64,000 nt of DNA from a virus: positions 41,994 through 105,993 of IMG/VR virus record IMGVR_UViG_3300031576_000008; one strand, given 5' to 3'. Below are positions 36,744-45,579 of the stretch, piece after piece (the first letter of the stretch is position 1; every line of letters begins with the position of its first letter). The position numbers were made by a program, and so were the translations under genes. The notes under the pieces are model-generated. The model had not been told where the DNA came from. It was given only the letters and a program-made list of their open reading frames with translations, and did no database searches.

Positions 36744-39218
36744 TTACTTGTCCTTCTTCCGACGGCCGATGCCGAAGATCCGGTCGACCTCCTCACGCCG
36801 GAACTTCTTGTCGCATTCCTTCTGGAACTCCGGGGTCTCGAACCTCTCGCGCACCGGCTCGAATGACCGCTCGACCTGATAGACAGACCACTTCCTGATG
36901 GATTCCTTGCGCTCCATCATCTCGCGCGCAGCGCAGCGTTCCTCCTCGTCACGCAGGTAGGTGCGTGAGGCGCACTCGTCGCACGCGAAGTAGAGCTTCT
37001 TGCGCTCCTCATTTTCGAGCTCCTTCTTCTCGATCTCTTTCTGTTCGGGCCCTTCTTTCTTGGACTTGGGTGGAACCAGATGGAGCGGACTTCCACAGGG
37101 GACCTCGCAGGCGCACCGGACATACCTTGGCTGGTTGAAGATCGTGTCGATGTCGAACGCTGGCTTGGTGACCGCATGCTCGCTGGCGAGCCGGACAGGG
37201 TGCTCTCTCTGCTTGACGACTTCGATGATGGAGCCATCTGCCCGATGCATCGTGATCTCCCTTTCCACGTTGATCGTCCGGTCGACCACGTAGAGCTTGA
37301 TCACCTCGGTCTTGGCCTTGGGATACATGTCGCCCAGCGAGTAGGGAAGCGTGTGATACGGACAGAACCCTTCGCCCGCGCATTTCGTCCGAAGCATGGC
37401 GTAGTTGATCGTGACGTACCGCTCTTCTTGCTCCTTCTCGCTTACCGAGCCTCCGGTCCGCTCCAGAACCACCGGCCTGACGACGCGCCTCAGCTCGACG
37501 GTCTGGATCTCGCCCGATGCCTTGTCGAACGTCCCGTCCGGACGCCTGACTTTCCACCAGCCCAGCTTGTGGACGCGCTTGACGGGCCTGCCGCAGATCT
37601 CGCAGCAGAACTTGTCGGGCTCGTTGATGATCTTGACCGGCGGGTTGTAGATCACGGCGGTCTCCGCCAGACTCAGGCTGCGAGGCGTGTGGAGGCTGCT
37701 GCTCCCATCGAGGTCTGCATACGTTGTCGAAATCCGCTTGAGCAGGAGCAGCAGGTCGAAGTGAACCACCCCTGTCTGGCTGGCGACTTCCTTGGCCAAC
37801 GCGAGCTTCCGGCGGCTCTTGTCGATCTCCTGCCGCATGCCGAGGATCTTCGCCTTGGAGAGCTCGTACTGGATCTGGTCCTCGCGGGTGGACAGGTTGA
37901 GATCCTTTTGGAACATCTCCAGATAGACGATCTGATCGACACTACGCCGGATCTCATCCTCGAAGCGGGCCACCCGCTCGACGGCCCCCGCGAACCGCTT
38001 TCTCGTGGAATTGAAGTAGTTGCGGATGCGTTGCCTCAGCTCGACGATCTGGGCAGGGTTCTCGAACTTGCGCTGACGCTGGATGGTCGAGCCGAGTCCT
38101 TTGACCGTCCGGTGCTCATCGCAGAGGAGCGATCCGGCGGCCTGTGGCTGCTTGCAGTCCGGGTAGCGGATGCACTTCGCATGATCGCTGCAGAATGGGC
38201 CCGGCTCGTCGATCCGGAGCTTCCTGACCTTGAGGGACGTAGGATCGATCGCATCCGGATCTTCGCCTCGTTGCTCCGCCTCCCGGCGGGCTTCATCCAT
38301 GGCCTTGTCCTTGCACGTCGGGCAGTGGGAGCGATCCGTATGAGCATGGCAGGTCTTGTCGTTGTGATGGTTGAGGATCTCCTCGCAGGCCACTTCGCCC
38401 GCGCCAAGACATGGCCGGCACATCTCGAGAACCGGATCCTTCTTGACCGTCCGCCTGCCGAGACACGTGACGCAGGCGCGCTTCCTGTCGCCGAGGCATT
38501 CCGGGCAGACCGCGTCCTCGCCGGTTTCCACCTCGCGCTTGCCGGCGCAAGCGGCACACTTCTTCTTCGCGTTGCACTTCCGGAGCATGATGCCCGCGCC
38601 TTCACAAGCGTAGCAATCACCGTTCGCCTGCTTGTCCCCATTGCACGCCGGACAGGGATCATCCATGCGCGGCCGATGCACGATCACTTCGGGGTTGGCG
38701 CAGAGGAAGCAGACGTATTTCCCTAGATATGGTGCAAGCCGCTCCCGGAAGATGCTATCGACATCGTTGAGATAGACGCGATCAGTCGAGCCGATGGGAC
38801 CGCGCCGACCCCAGCGAAGCGACGCGCTCCGGGGCTCCCGACCTTCGGGATCGGTCATCTCTTCGTGGACCTTGCAGAAGAGCGAACCCGAAAGGGCCAG
38901 CTCCTTGCAGTCGGCCTTCTCCCAGCTGCAGAGCTTCTGGGCAACCTTCATGAGGACGGCCGAGACCTCCTCGCCGCAGGAGGCGCACGTGCCGGGCCTG
39001 AGCCAGTAGCACTTCTCGCACCGCTGCGAGACGCCAACATTGACAGTCTCGCACTCGGGGCAATTCCAGCTGAAGGTCTCCCGGTAATGCTCACGGCAGA
39101 GGAGCATGATGCCGAGAGCCTCCACCTCGACTTCCCATGTCGCCTCGTGCGCGCACAGGGGATACGTGCATTGTCCCTGCACGCCCATGCCGATCGCTTT
39201 GATGAGTCTTGCGGTCAT
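36744..39218 (-). CDS. large multi-zinc-finger protein with DnaJ-like CxxCxG repeats and a coiled coil
   Basis: 824 aa; six CxxCxG motifs, two C..C..GSLxCxxH units, central coiled coil. Confidence 0.75.
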   Translation of the reverse strand: MTARLIKAIGMGVQGQCTYPLCAHEATWEVEVEALGIMLLCREHYRETFSWNCPECETVNVGVSQRCEKCYWLRPGTCASCGEEVSAVLMKVAQKLCSWEKADCKELALSGSLFCKVHEEMTDPEGREPRSASLRWGRRGPIGSTDRVYLNDVDSIFRERLAPYLGKYVCFLCANPEVIVHRPRMDDPCPACNGDKQANGDCYACEGAGIMLRKCNAKKKCAACAGKREVETGEDAVCPECLGDRKRACVTCLGRRTVKKDPVLEMCRPCLGAGEVACEEILNHHNDKTCHAHTDRSHCPTCKDKAMDEARREAEQRGEDPDAIDPTSLKVRKLRIDEPGPFCSDHAKCIRYPDCKQPQAAGSLLCDEHRTVKGLGSTIQRQRKFENPAQIVELRQRIRNYFNSTRKRFAGAVERVARFEDEIRRSVDQIVYLEMFQKDLNLSTREDQIQYELSKAKILGMRQEIDKSRRKLALAKEVASQTGVVHFDLLLLLKRISTTYADLDGSSSLHTPRSLSLAETAVIYNPPVKIINEPDKFCCEICGRPVKRVHKLGWWKVRRPDGTFDKASGEIQTVELRRVVRPVVLERTGGSVSEKEQEERYVTINYAMLRTKCAGEGFCPYHTLPYSLGDMYPKAKTEVIKLYVVDRTINVEREITMHRADGSIIEVVKQREHPVRLASEHAVTKPAFDIDTIFNQPRYVRCACEVPCGSPLHLVPPKSKKEGPEQKEIEKKELENEERKKLYFACDECASRTYLRDEEERCAAREMMERKESIRKWSVYQVERSFEPVRERFETPEFQKECDKKFRREEVDRIFGIGRRKKDK

Positions 39219-39278
39219 CGCGTTTCTCCTTCGTGTCGAAAGTGTTCGCCGGAGAAGAACGCCTTCTCCTACATGGCG

Positions 39279-39362
39279 CTCTCGGATCCATGCCCTTGTG
39301 AGACTCGACGCACGAGTCCCATAAGGGACCCACCGCCTCGCGGTGAGCCCCGATCCGAGAGA
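39279..39362. ncRNA. three-way-junction intergenic element
   Basis: CTCTCGGATC/GATCCGAGAG closing stem with inner CCCTT..GACTCG/CGAGTC..AAGGG and CACCG/CGGTG stems. Confidence 0.4.
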
Positions 39363-39369
39363 GGGATGA

Positions 39370-40263
39370 TTACTGCTGGAACTTCCTGATGTCCCGGCTG
39401 AGTGCGGCCTCGACTTCGGCCGGCGACGGATCCTTGGCGAGCTGTTCCTCCGGCCCCTTCAGGGCCTTCTCGATCTGCTTGGGCGACGGTTCTTTCTCCG
39501 TGACCATCACGGACTGCGGGGCCTCGCGGATGACCGTGCTGGTCATCTTCTCCTCGGCCTCGGCGACTTCATCCTTGTCGAAGCCGTCCTCGAGCCTGAA
39601 GATCCGCTCGGCCCTCTCAGCGCCCTGAACGCGCAGCGAGAAGTCGTGACCGACCTTGACGGTCACATGCGATGGCGCGCCTTCGAGGTCGCCCGAGCGG
39701 CGAACCTCGAAGACATCGCCCGGCGCGACCACCAGAAGCGCCTCGCTCGAATAGCCGTTGTACGAGAAACTGCCCTTGCGATTGAACTCGATGAGCGACT
39801 CCCCGCGCGCCAGAACCGTGTTCTGCTTCGCGGGGACGATTATCGCGCGCCCACGCAGGCCGGGCTCCGCGACGAAGTGGATTCCGATCTTCTGTCCCCT
39901 CACCTCCTCCGTGCTCTCCTCCACCAGCACGAGGGTCTTCTTCTGGGTGACGAAGATGGAACCCTCGAACGGATTGTGTATGGCCAGCTTCTTGACGAAC
40001 GGGTGCTCGTTGTTCGGGCCCAGCACGGCCGGACCCTTGCAGATTTCGCAGGGCTTCGCCCCGATGGGCTGCCCGTCGTTGTCGCAGAGGTGCTCGCGCA
40101 TGACCGAGAGCAGCCTCATGAACTTCTGCCCAACGGCGACCCAAACCGACGCTCTCTTGAGCGTCCCCACCTCGAAGTGAGGATACGGCAGCACTTCGAT
40201 CGGGATGCCCGGACCACAGTTGACGATCCCGGACTTCGTCAGGACAGCGTTGTAGAGCTTCAT
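39370..40263 (-). CDS. hypothetical protein
   Basis: 297 aa; GGAG RBS; CEIC motif. Confidence 0.65.
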   Translation of the reverse strand: MKLYNAVLTKSGIVNCGPGIPIEVLPYPHFEVGTLKRASVWVAVGQKFMRLLSVMREHLCDNDGQPIGAKPCEICKGPAVLGPNNEHPFVKKLAIHNPFEGSIFVTQKKTLVLVEESTEEVRGQKIGIHFVAEPGLRGRAIIVPAKQNTVLARGESLIEFNRKGSFSYNGYSSEALLVVAPGDVFEVRRSGDLEGAPSHVTVKVGHDFSLRVQGAERAERIFRLEDGFDKDEVAEAEEKMTSTVIREAPQSVMVTEKEPSPKQIEKALKGPEEQLAKDPSPAEVEAALSRDIRKFQQ

Positions 40264-40397
40264 CGTCTCTCCAGTTTCTTTGCCGCTAGGTTCGGCTGCC
40301 CCGGTCGCGGCGTAGACCTTAATGGGGCAGCGTCGATACCGATTTCCCCTACTGCTACATGTGCTCTTCGTGGCGTGATACTGCGTAGAGTCCGCTT

Positions 40398-40781
40398 CTA
40401 GACCTTCGCGGGCTGGAACTTCCCGGCGACGAGATCTTCGAGGTTCGTTGCGACCCTCGTTTCCTTCGTGCCGGCGTAGCGGGCGACCTCGACTCCTTTC
40501 TCGTAGAAGATGAACGTCGGGATCATCTCGATCTTGAGCGTGTCGATGATCCAGAGATTCTTGTCGCAGTTGACCGTGTAGAACGCGACCAGCCCGAACT
40601 TCTGGTTGAGCCGCTCGAGCATCGGACCGGGCTGCTCTTGCAGATCCTGTTTCTGCTCCTGCACGGGAGCGATCTCAGTGCAGCCGCCTCACCACTTCGC
40701 GTAGAGGGTGAGCAGCGTCCAGCGGTTCATCCTCATGCGGTCCTCGAGGGTGTCCATCGTGATCGTGTGTGGAAGGAACAT
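40398..40781 (-). CDS. thioredoxin-fold selenoprotein candidate (W-U-G-G-C)
   Basis: AAAGGAG RBS and ATG 40781; LYAKW-TGA(40691-40689)-GGC-TEIAPV; downstream VNCD..IPTFIFYEKG Trx signature; SECIS-like hairpin directly after the UGA. Confidence 0.8.
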
Positions 40782-40951
40782 TTTCTTCTCCTTTCTGCCA
40801 TATGCTAGGCCTCGCTTGAGTGTGTGAACCGCTCACACTCCTCATCTCAAGCGGGCCATCTAGTGCCTTATAGTTAAATGACCAGCGGGCGGACGCCTTC
40901 CGTCAGCTTGCCGGCGCGCGCATCGGTGATGAAGCGCTCGATGGCCGTGAT

Positions 40952-41344
40952 CTAGTGCCAGAAGAGAACGACCTTGGTCTCCGGCTTGAGCCTCTTGATC
41001 CGCCGGAGGACGTCCTTGTTCCACTCGCTGAAACCATTGCAGTCCAGCTTCGCCAGCTCGCCAGCCGTCGAGTACGTCAGCGGCTCGCCGTACGGATCCT
41101 TCGTGACGATGCCGGCCCGGCAGTCATCCGGACCCGGCTTGAAGACGCCGAACGGCAAGTGCGTCTCGAGGATCCGGAACTTGACCTGTTCCGGCAGCGG
41201 CTTCGGCTTACAGGCCTGCTTCACCTGCTCTTCGCACATGACCGTGTTGTCGATCTTGGCGAAGAGCTGGTAGTCCCGACTCAGTCCCCAACCCACACTC
41301 TTCTTCTCGGCCCCCAGCGGGTACAACGTCAAATCCATGCCCAT
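40952..41344 (-). CDS. hypothetical protein
   Basis: MGMDLTLYPL..DPYGEPLTY..VVLFWH. Confidence 0.65.
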   Translation of the reverse strand: MGMDLTLYPLGAEKKSVGWGLSRDYQLFAKIDNTVMCEEQVKQACKPKPLPEQVKFRILETHLPFGVFKPGPDDCRAGIVTKDPYGEPLTYSTAGELAKLDCNGFSEWNKDVLRRIKRLKPETKVVLFWH

Positions 41345-41628
41345 GTCGCTTCCTCACACATGCGAAAGGTCTGTCGCCTTCCGCTCGTTGTTGATCTTCC
41401 TGAGCGCCGCGAACCGCTCGCGACCTTCCTTGCTCTTCTCCCATGGATCGCATCCGCCCGAGCAGGTCTCGGTCAGGCACATTTCCAGCTTCTCGACCTT
41501 CGTCCTGAGCGCCGCATATCCTTCGGTCCCGCCGAAGAGAAGTGAGTTGATTACTCACATCGGCTTCAGGCACCGCTGGCAGCGGACGATCTCCTCCCAT
41601 GGGAATTTGACTCCGCCGTAGCTGTCGT

Positions 41629-41874
41629 TCATGAATTCACCCCCGACACACGGATGTACTGGATGTTCAGGATCTTGATCATGCGACAGGCCGGGCAATT
41701 GCCGAGATCCTGATCCGCCTTGGGAACGAGGACCTTGTTCTGGACGAAGTCCTCGACGACCGACGGCTCCAGCTTCTGTGGGCTGAGAATCATGACATGG
41801 CAGTCCGTGCACTCGCCGATGCGGGTCCGGTCCCTCCGGTCGTTCAGGATCGCGGCAGCTACTTCGGCCGCCAC
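41629..41874 (-). CDS. small zinc-binding protein
   Basis: CTDC and CPAC. Confidence 0.5.
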   Translation of the reverse strand: MAAEVAAAILNDRRDRTRIGECTDCHVMILSPQKLEPSVVEDFVQNKVLVPKADQDLGNCPACRMIKILNIQYIRVSGVNS

Positions 41875-41901
41875 CCTCGCGCTTGAGCTCCTGAGCCGTC
41901 T

Positions 41902-42723
41902 TCATGATGCCTCCTTCGGAAAAGGTCCGATCGCCGTCCGCACGCGTTCCGGCAACAGGCCGTAGCGCTCCGCCTCGATCTTGTGGATGGCGCTGTAGTC
42001 GCGGGGATAGCGCTCTCCGGTGCGCTTCTCCTCGTTCACCCAATCCATGTAGTGCGTGAAGCCCATGTAGGGATTGGCCTTCCACGGCTTCATGAACTGG
42101 CCATGCAGCTCCATCTGCCGGATGTGATGGCATAGGGCCTCGCGGCAGTCGTGACCGCCAGCCCAGCAGCCCGTCTCATTGTCGCCTTCCCAGCGGCCGC
42201 TAGACGTCAGCGTGTACCATTTGCCATCCACGTCCGCCGGCCGCCAGTTGTAGTAGAAGTTCCCGCCGTTGATCGACCGTTCGCAGTACGTGTCGAAGAC
42301 AAGCAGGATTCCGTTCTTCTCCTGCCAGCGGAAGAAGAGCTTGTTGGTCTTTTTCTCTTCCTTGTCCAGAAACGGGATCTCGAGCACCGTCTCGAAGCCG
42401 ATCGCATCCGTGAGTCTGAAGACGTCGGGCAGCGGGATGCCGTGATAGAAGTCGTCCTGCTCGACGAGCATCTGCTTCTTCTGGGCGTTGTGTTGGAAGA
42501 AAACACCAAGCGCGATGCCTTCGAGTTCCTTGTCGCCCTCAATCCGCTTGCCGGCGATCTTCTCGATCGTATGGATCGTGTCGAACTCAAGGACTGCCTT
42601 GACTTCCTGCGGATGGCGCTTGCCGCAGACGGCGCATCCATGCCCCTTGCAGCCGTCCTTGCAGCCGCTGTACTTCCCTTCGCAGTAGACGAGCCCGGTG
42701 TCGTTGCAGTTCGCGCAGCCCAT
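41902..42723 (-). CDS. hypothetical protein
   Basis: Start ATG 42723 (TGATG overlap); Cys-rich N-terminus; NFYYNW and HDCREAL. Confidence 0.65.
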   Translation of the reverse strand: MGCANCNDTGLVYCEGKYSGCKDGCKGHGCAVCGKRHPQEVKAVLEFDTIHTIEKIAGKRIEGDKELEGIALGVFFQHNAQKKQMLVEQDDFYHGIPLPDVFRLTDAIGFETVLEIPFLDKEEKKTNKLFFRWQEKNGILLVFDTYCERSINGGNFYYNWRPADVDGKWYTLTSSGRWEGDNETGCWAGGHDCREALCHHIRQMELHGQFMKPWKANPYMGFTHYMDWVNEEKRTGERYPRDYSAIHKIEAERYGLLPERVRTAIGPFPKEAS

Positions 42724-43058
42724 CACTTCTCCTTCCTGTCCGGGATCACGATGTCCTCGAAGAATTCCGAGAGCATCCACGCGCAGCCAGCGGTCTTGTG
42801 CTCGTGCTGGGGCTCGAACGATCGCATGCACGTGCCGACCATTCGGAGCGCCATCGCCTTGTCCACGCCTTCCTTCGGCTTCCAGACGGTCTCCTTGGGC
42901 AGCCCCTCGAAGAACCAGAGGTGCACGATCTTGTTCCACTTCGTGTGGTCGTCCTTGAACTCCTTGGGGATGTCCTCCCATTTGGGTAGGAGCGCTCCGA
43001 TCACCCTGCCGGGGAAGACGGCCATGACCTTGTCGACATCCTTCACTTCGAGCTTCAT
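42723..43058 (-). CDS. conserved phage hypothetical protein
   Basis: LPKWEDIPKEF..WFFEGL..SFEPQHEHK..AWML. Confidence 0.65.
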   Translation of the reverse strand: MKLEVKDVDKVMAVFPGRVIGALLPKWEDIPKEFKDDHTKWNKIVHLWFFEGLPKETVWKPKEGVDKAMALRMVGTCMRSFEPQHEHKTAGCAWMLSEFFEDIVIPDRKEK

Positions 43059-43066
43059 GGTTCCTC

Positions 43067-44326
43067 CTAAACCGATCTCAAGATCCGGTCCCAGTTGTGC
43101 TTCATCACATCCGGTCCGACAGCGACGAAGTTGAGATTGCGGGAATCGAAGATGAGCTTCGCGGCCTCATGCACCTCCTTGGGCGTCACCGCCCGATTCA
43201 TCATGATCACGACGTCAGGGTCATGATCGAGCCCGTAGTCGAACTGGTACGTGGCCTTCCAAAGCGCCATGTCCTTGGCCCGTTCAAGCGACCGGATGAA
43301 CTCGCCGATCATCATCTCCTTGGCCCGGTCGACTTCCTCCCGTGTGACGCCCTTGTCGACGATCTTCTCCGTTTCCTTGAGGATCGCCTTTAAGGCCTTC
43401 GGAGCTTGGTGAGGAGAGGTGGACGTGTTCACCCGGAAGACACCCGTGTCCGGCAGGAAGGCCGTTTCAGCCCCGATCAAGTAAGCCAGTCCTTCGCGAT
43501 CCCGCACCTGTTCGAAGAGCCGCGATGACTGGCTTCCTCCAAGCACGACGGAGAGGACATTGATGGCGCGCCGCACCTCTTGCGAACATCCCCCGGTGGT
43601 GACGCCGACCGTGAAGTGGGTCTGCTCTAATCTCTTCGTCTTCAGGCTCGTCTGGAAGCCGTTCTGATTGTTCCTGAAGTGCTCGAGATGCCGCCTTGGT
43701 CCGATCTGGATCTTGGTGAACTGGCGCACGGCCTGTCGCTCGATCTGCTCGTCGATGTCGCCGGCAATCGAGACGATGATGTTGGTCCCCGAGTAATAGG
43801 TGCGCCACCAGTCGACCATCTGCTTATGGCGGAGTGCCGAGATGCTCTTGATCGATCCGCCGATTGGGAGCGCCAGCGGGTTGGGGTCGTAGACGAGCTT
43901 GTGCCAGAGATTCTGAAGGATCCATTCCGGCTCATCTTCCTCGGAGCGGATCTCCTCGAGGATGACCTTGCGCTCCATTTCGAACTCGTCCTTCGGAAAG
44001 CGCGGCTCGATCGTCATGCTGGTGATGATGTCGAGCGCCGACTTCACCTTGTCGGCCTTGGTAACGATGAAGTACCACGTCCGGTCGATCTCCGTGAACG
44101 CGTTGAAGTCCGCGCCCATCCGGTCGAGCATCCTCGAAACTTCCGTGGACTTGGGGAACTGCCGGCATCCCTTGAAGCACATGTGCTCCAAGAAATGCGA
44201 GACACCCGACGTCTCTTTCTCCTCGTATCTCGAACCGGTCTTGACCATGACGACGATGGCCACCGCCCGCGTTCCCGACATGGGCGTCGTGATCAACGTC
44301 AGCATATTGGAAAGGTTGTGTCGCAT
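43067..44326 (-). CDS. M16 family zinc peptidase
   Basis: GSRYE, GVSHFLEHMCFKG (HxxEH), NAFT, ERKVILEE, SSRLF..VR..GLAY. Confidence 0.92.
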   Translation of the reverse strand: MRHNLSNMLTLITTPMSGTRAVAIVVMVKTGSRYEEKETSGVSHFLEHMCFKGCRQFPKSTEVSRMLDRMGADFNAFTEIDRTWYFIVTKADKVKSALDIITSMTIEPRFPKDEFEMERKVILEEIRSEEDEPEWILQNLWHKLVYDPNPLALPIGGSIKSISALRHKQMVDWWRTYYSGTNIIVSIAGDIDEQIERQAVRQFTKIQIGPRRHLEHFRNNQNGFQTSLKTKRLEQTHFTVGVTTGGCSQEVRRAINVLSVVLGGSQSSRLFEQVRDREGLAYLIGAETAFLPDTGVFRVNTSTSPHQAPKALKAILKETEKIVDKGVTREEVDRAKEMMIGEFIRSLERAKDMALWKATYQFDYGLDHDPDVVIMMNRAVTPKEVHEAAKLIFDSRNLNFVAVGPDVMKHNWDRILRSV

Positions 44327-44375
44327 CGGTCCTCCTTACTGATGCATCCTAGCGGACACAGGAGAACGCCTCCTG

Positions 44376-44993
44376 CTATAGATCCACCCGCGCGGCCAGC
44401 TGTTCTGCCAGATGCTCCGTTTCGCGCACGACTTCTTCGACCTCCCACATCTTGCCTGCGCAGTCGCCGATTTCAGGCGGCATGGCGACCCAGTCGCCTC
44501 CATGGGCGAAGTCAAAGCCGAACCACGAGCCTCCGCCTTCCGCCTTCTGCCGGAAGGACAGGCCGCAATGCACGGTCACATCCCTGTCCAGCTCGTCATC
44601 CGTCTTGTGCTCGTCGGGGTGCCCTTCCGGGAGATGCACGTAGGCGCAATAGGCGTGCTGGGTGTTGGCGATACAGCACCGAAGCCCATGGGCCGCCCAT
44701 TCCTTGACGAGCGTTCCTTGAGGCGGCCAGACCATCGGATCTTCCAAGGACTGGCGCAATCGTTCCTGCTGCCGCTTGTCGGATTCTTCCTCGGCCTTGA
44801 TGGACTCGGCGCAGGGCATATCGTCGCTGTGGGAGCCGCTGCAGAACACGCACTGCCATGACTCCAAGCCGGGCGGACGGGGCGGACGAAGCACCTCGAA
44901 AAACTTGTCCAAGGCTTCGTATAGCGACCCCATCGGGTCGCACTCGCAGTCCTTCTTGGCCTTCCCGCAGACCACACAGTCGAAGTCTCTCAT
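44376..44993 (-). CDS. conserved phage hypothetical protein
   Basis: YCAYV..HP..VHCGLSF..WFGFDFAH.GD. Confidence 0.65.
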   Translation of the reverse strand: MRDFDCVVCGKAKKDCECDPMGSLYEALDKFFEVLRPPRPPGLESWQCVFCSGSHSDDMPCAESIKAEEESDKRQQERLRQSLEDPMVWPPQGTLVKEWAAHGLRCCIANTQHAYCAYVHLPEGHPDEHKTDDELDRDVTVHCGLSFRQKAEGGGSWFGFDFAHGGDWVAMPPEIGDCAGKMWEVEEVVRETEHLAEQLAARVDL

Positions 44994-45395
44994 TCAGACT
45001 CCCTTTCGCATGCACTCCTTCATGAGCGCCATCTTGACCTGCGACATCATCGATCGCTCCTTGGTCTCGCAATGGGGACACCCATCGATCGGCCCCTTGA
45101 TGAACTTCGGGTCGTACCAGACGACGAAGACGCGGTCTCCCGGCGGGATCACCGTGATCTCCGAGTCCTCCCAGTACGTGTGCCAGCCGAAGAGCGGCTC
45201 CGAGTCCGTGGCCATCTTCATGGCCATTTCGTACTCGGCGTCAGTCCCATACTTCTCGATGTTCGCCGCCTTCTTGGCTTCCTCGGCCACCTTCGTCATG
45301 AAGTCGACTCCGAAGATCCGTTTCTCGTACTGCCGGCGCTGCTGCCTCCGCGCCTCGCGGCCTTCCGGCGTGCCGATACCGCACGACTCACACAT
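44994..45395 (-). CDS. hypothetical protein
   Basis: CESC and CPHC motifs. Confidence 0.55.
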   Translation of the reverse strand: MCESCGIGTPEGREARRQQRRQYEKRIFGVDFMTKVAEEAKKAANIEKYGTDAEYEMAMKMATDSEPLFGWHTYWEDSEITVIPPGDRVFVVWYDPKFIKGPIDGCPHCETKERSMMSQVKMALMKECMRKGV

Positions 45396-45579
45396 GTTTC
45401 TCCTCCTTGCTCACGATCTTCTGCGCGTCCTCTTCGCAGTAAGGCTTTCCGCCCTGCTCGAACATTGGGACGCGGACGCCGTCCTTCATGAAGACGGCAT
45501 CGAACATGCACAAAGGGCCGTTGCAGACGGTGCAACGGCCCAAGCCCGACACATCCAGATCACAATCTTTGCACTTCAT
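45388..45579 (-). CDS. small Cys-rich protein
   Basis: 63 aa overlapping both neighbours. Confidence 0.5.
   Translation of the reverse strand: MKCKDCDLDVSGLGRCTVCNGPLCMFDAVFMKDGVRVPMFEQGGKPYCEEDAQKIVSKEEKHV

Noticed and set aside
38416-38424. Exact match to candidate TIGR spacer A (CGGCACATC)
   Set aside because: The flanks do not match spacer B; a lone 9-mer hit in 64 kb is expected by chance.
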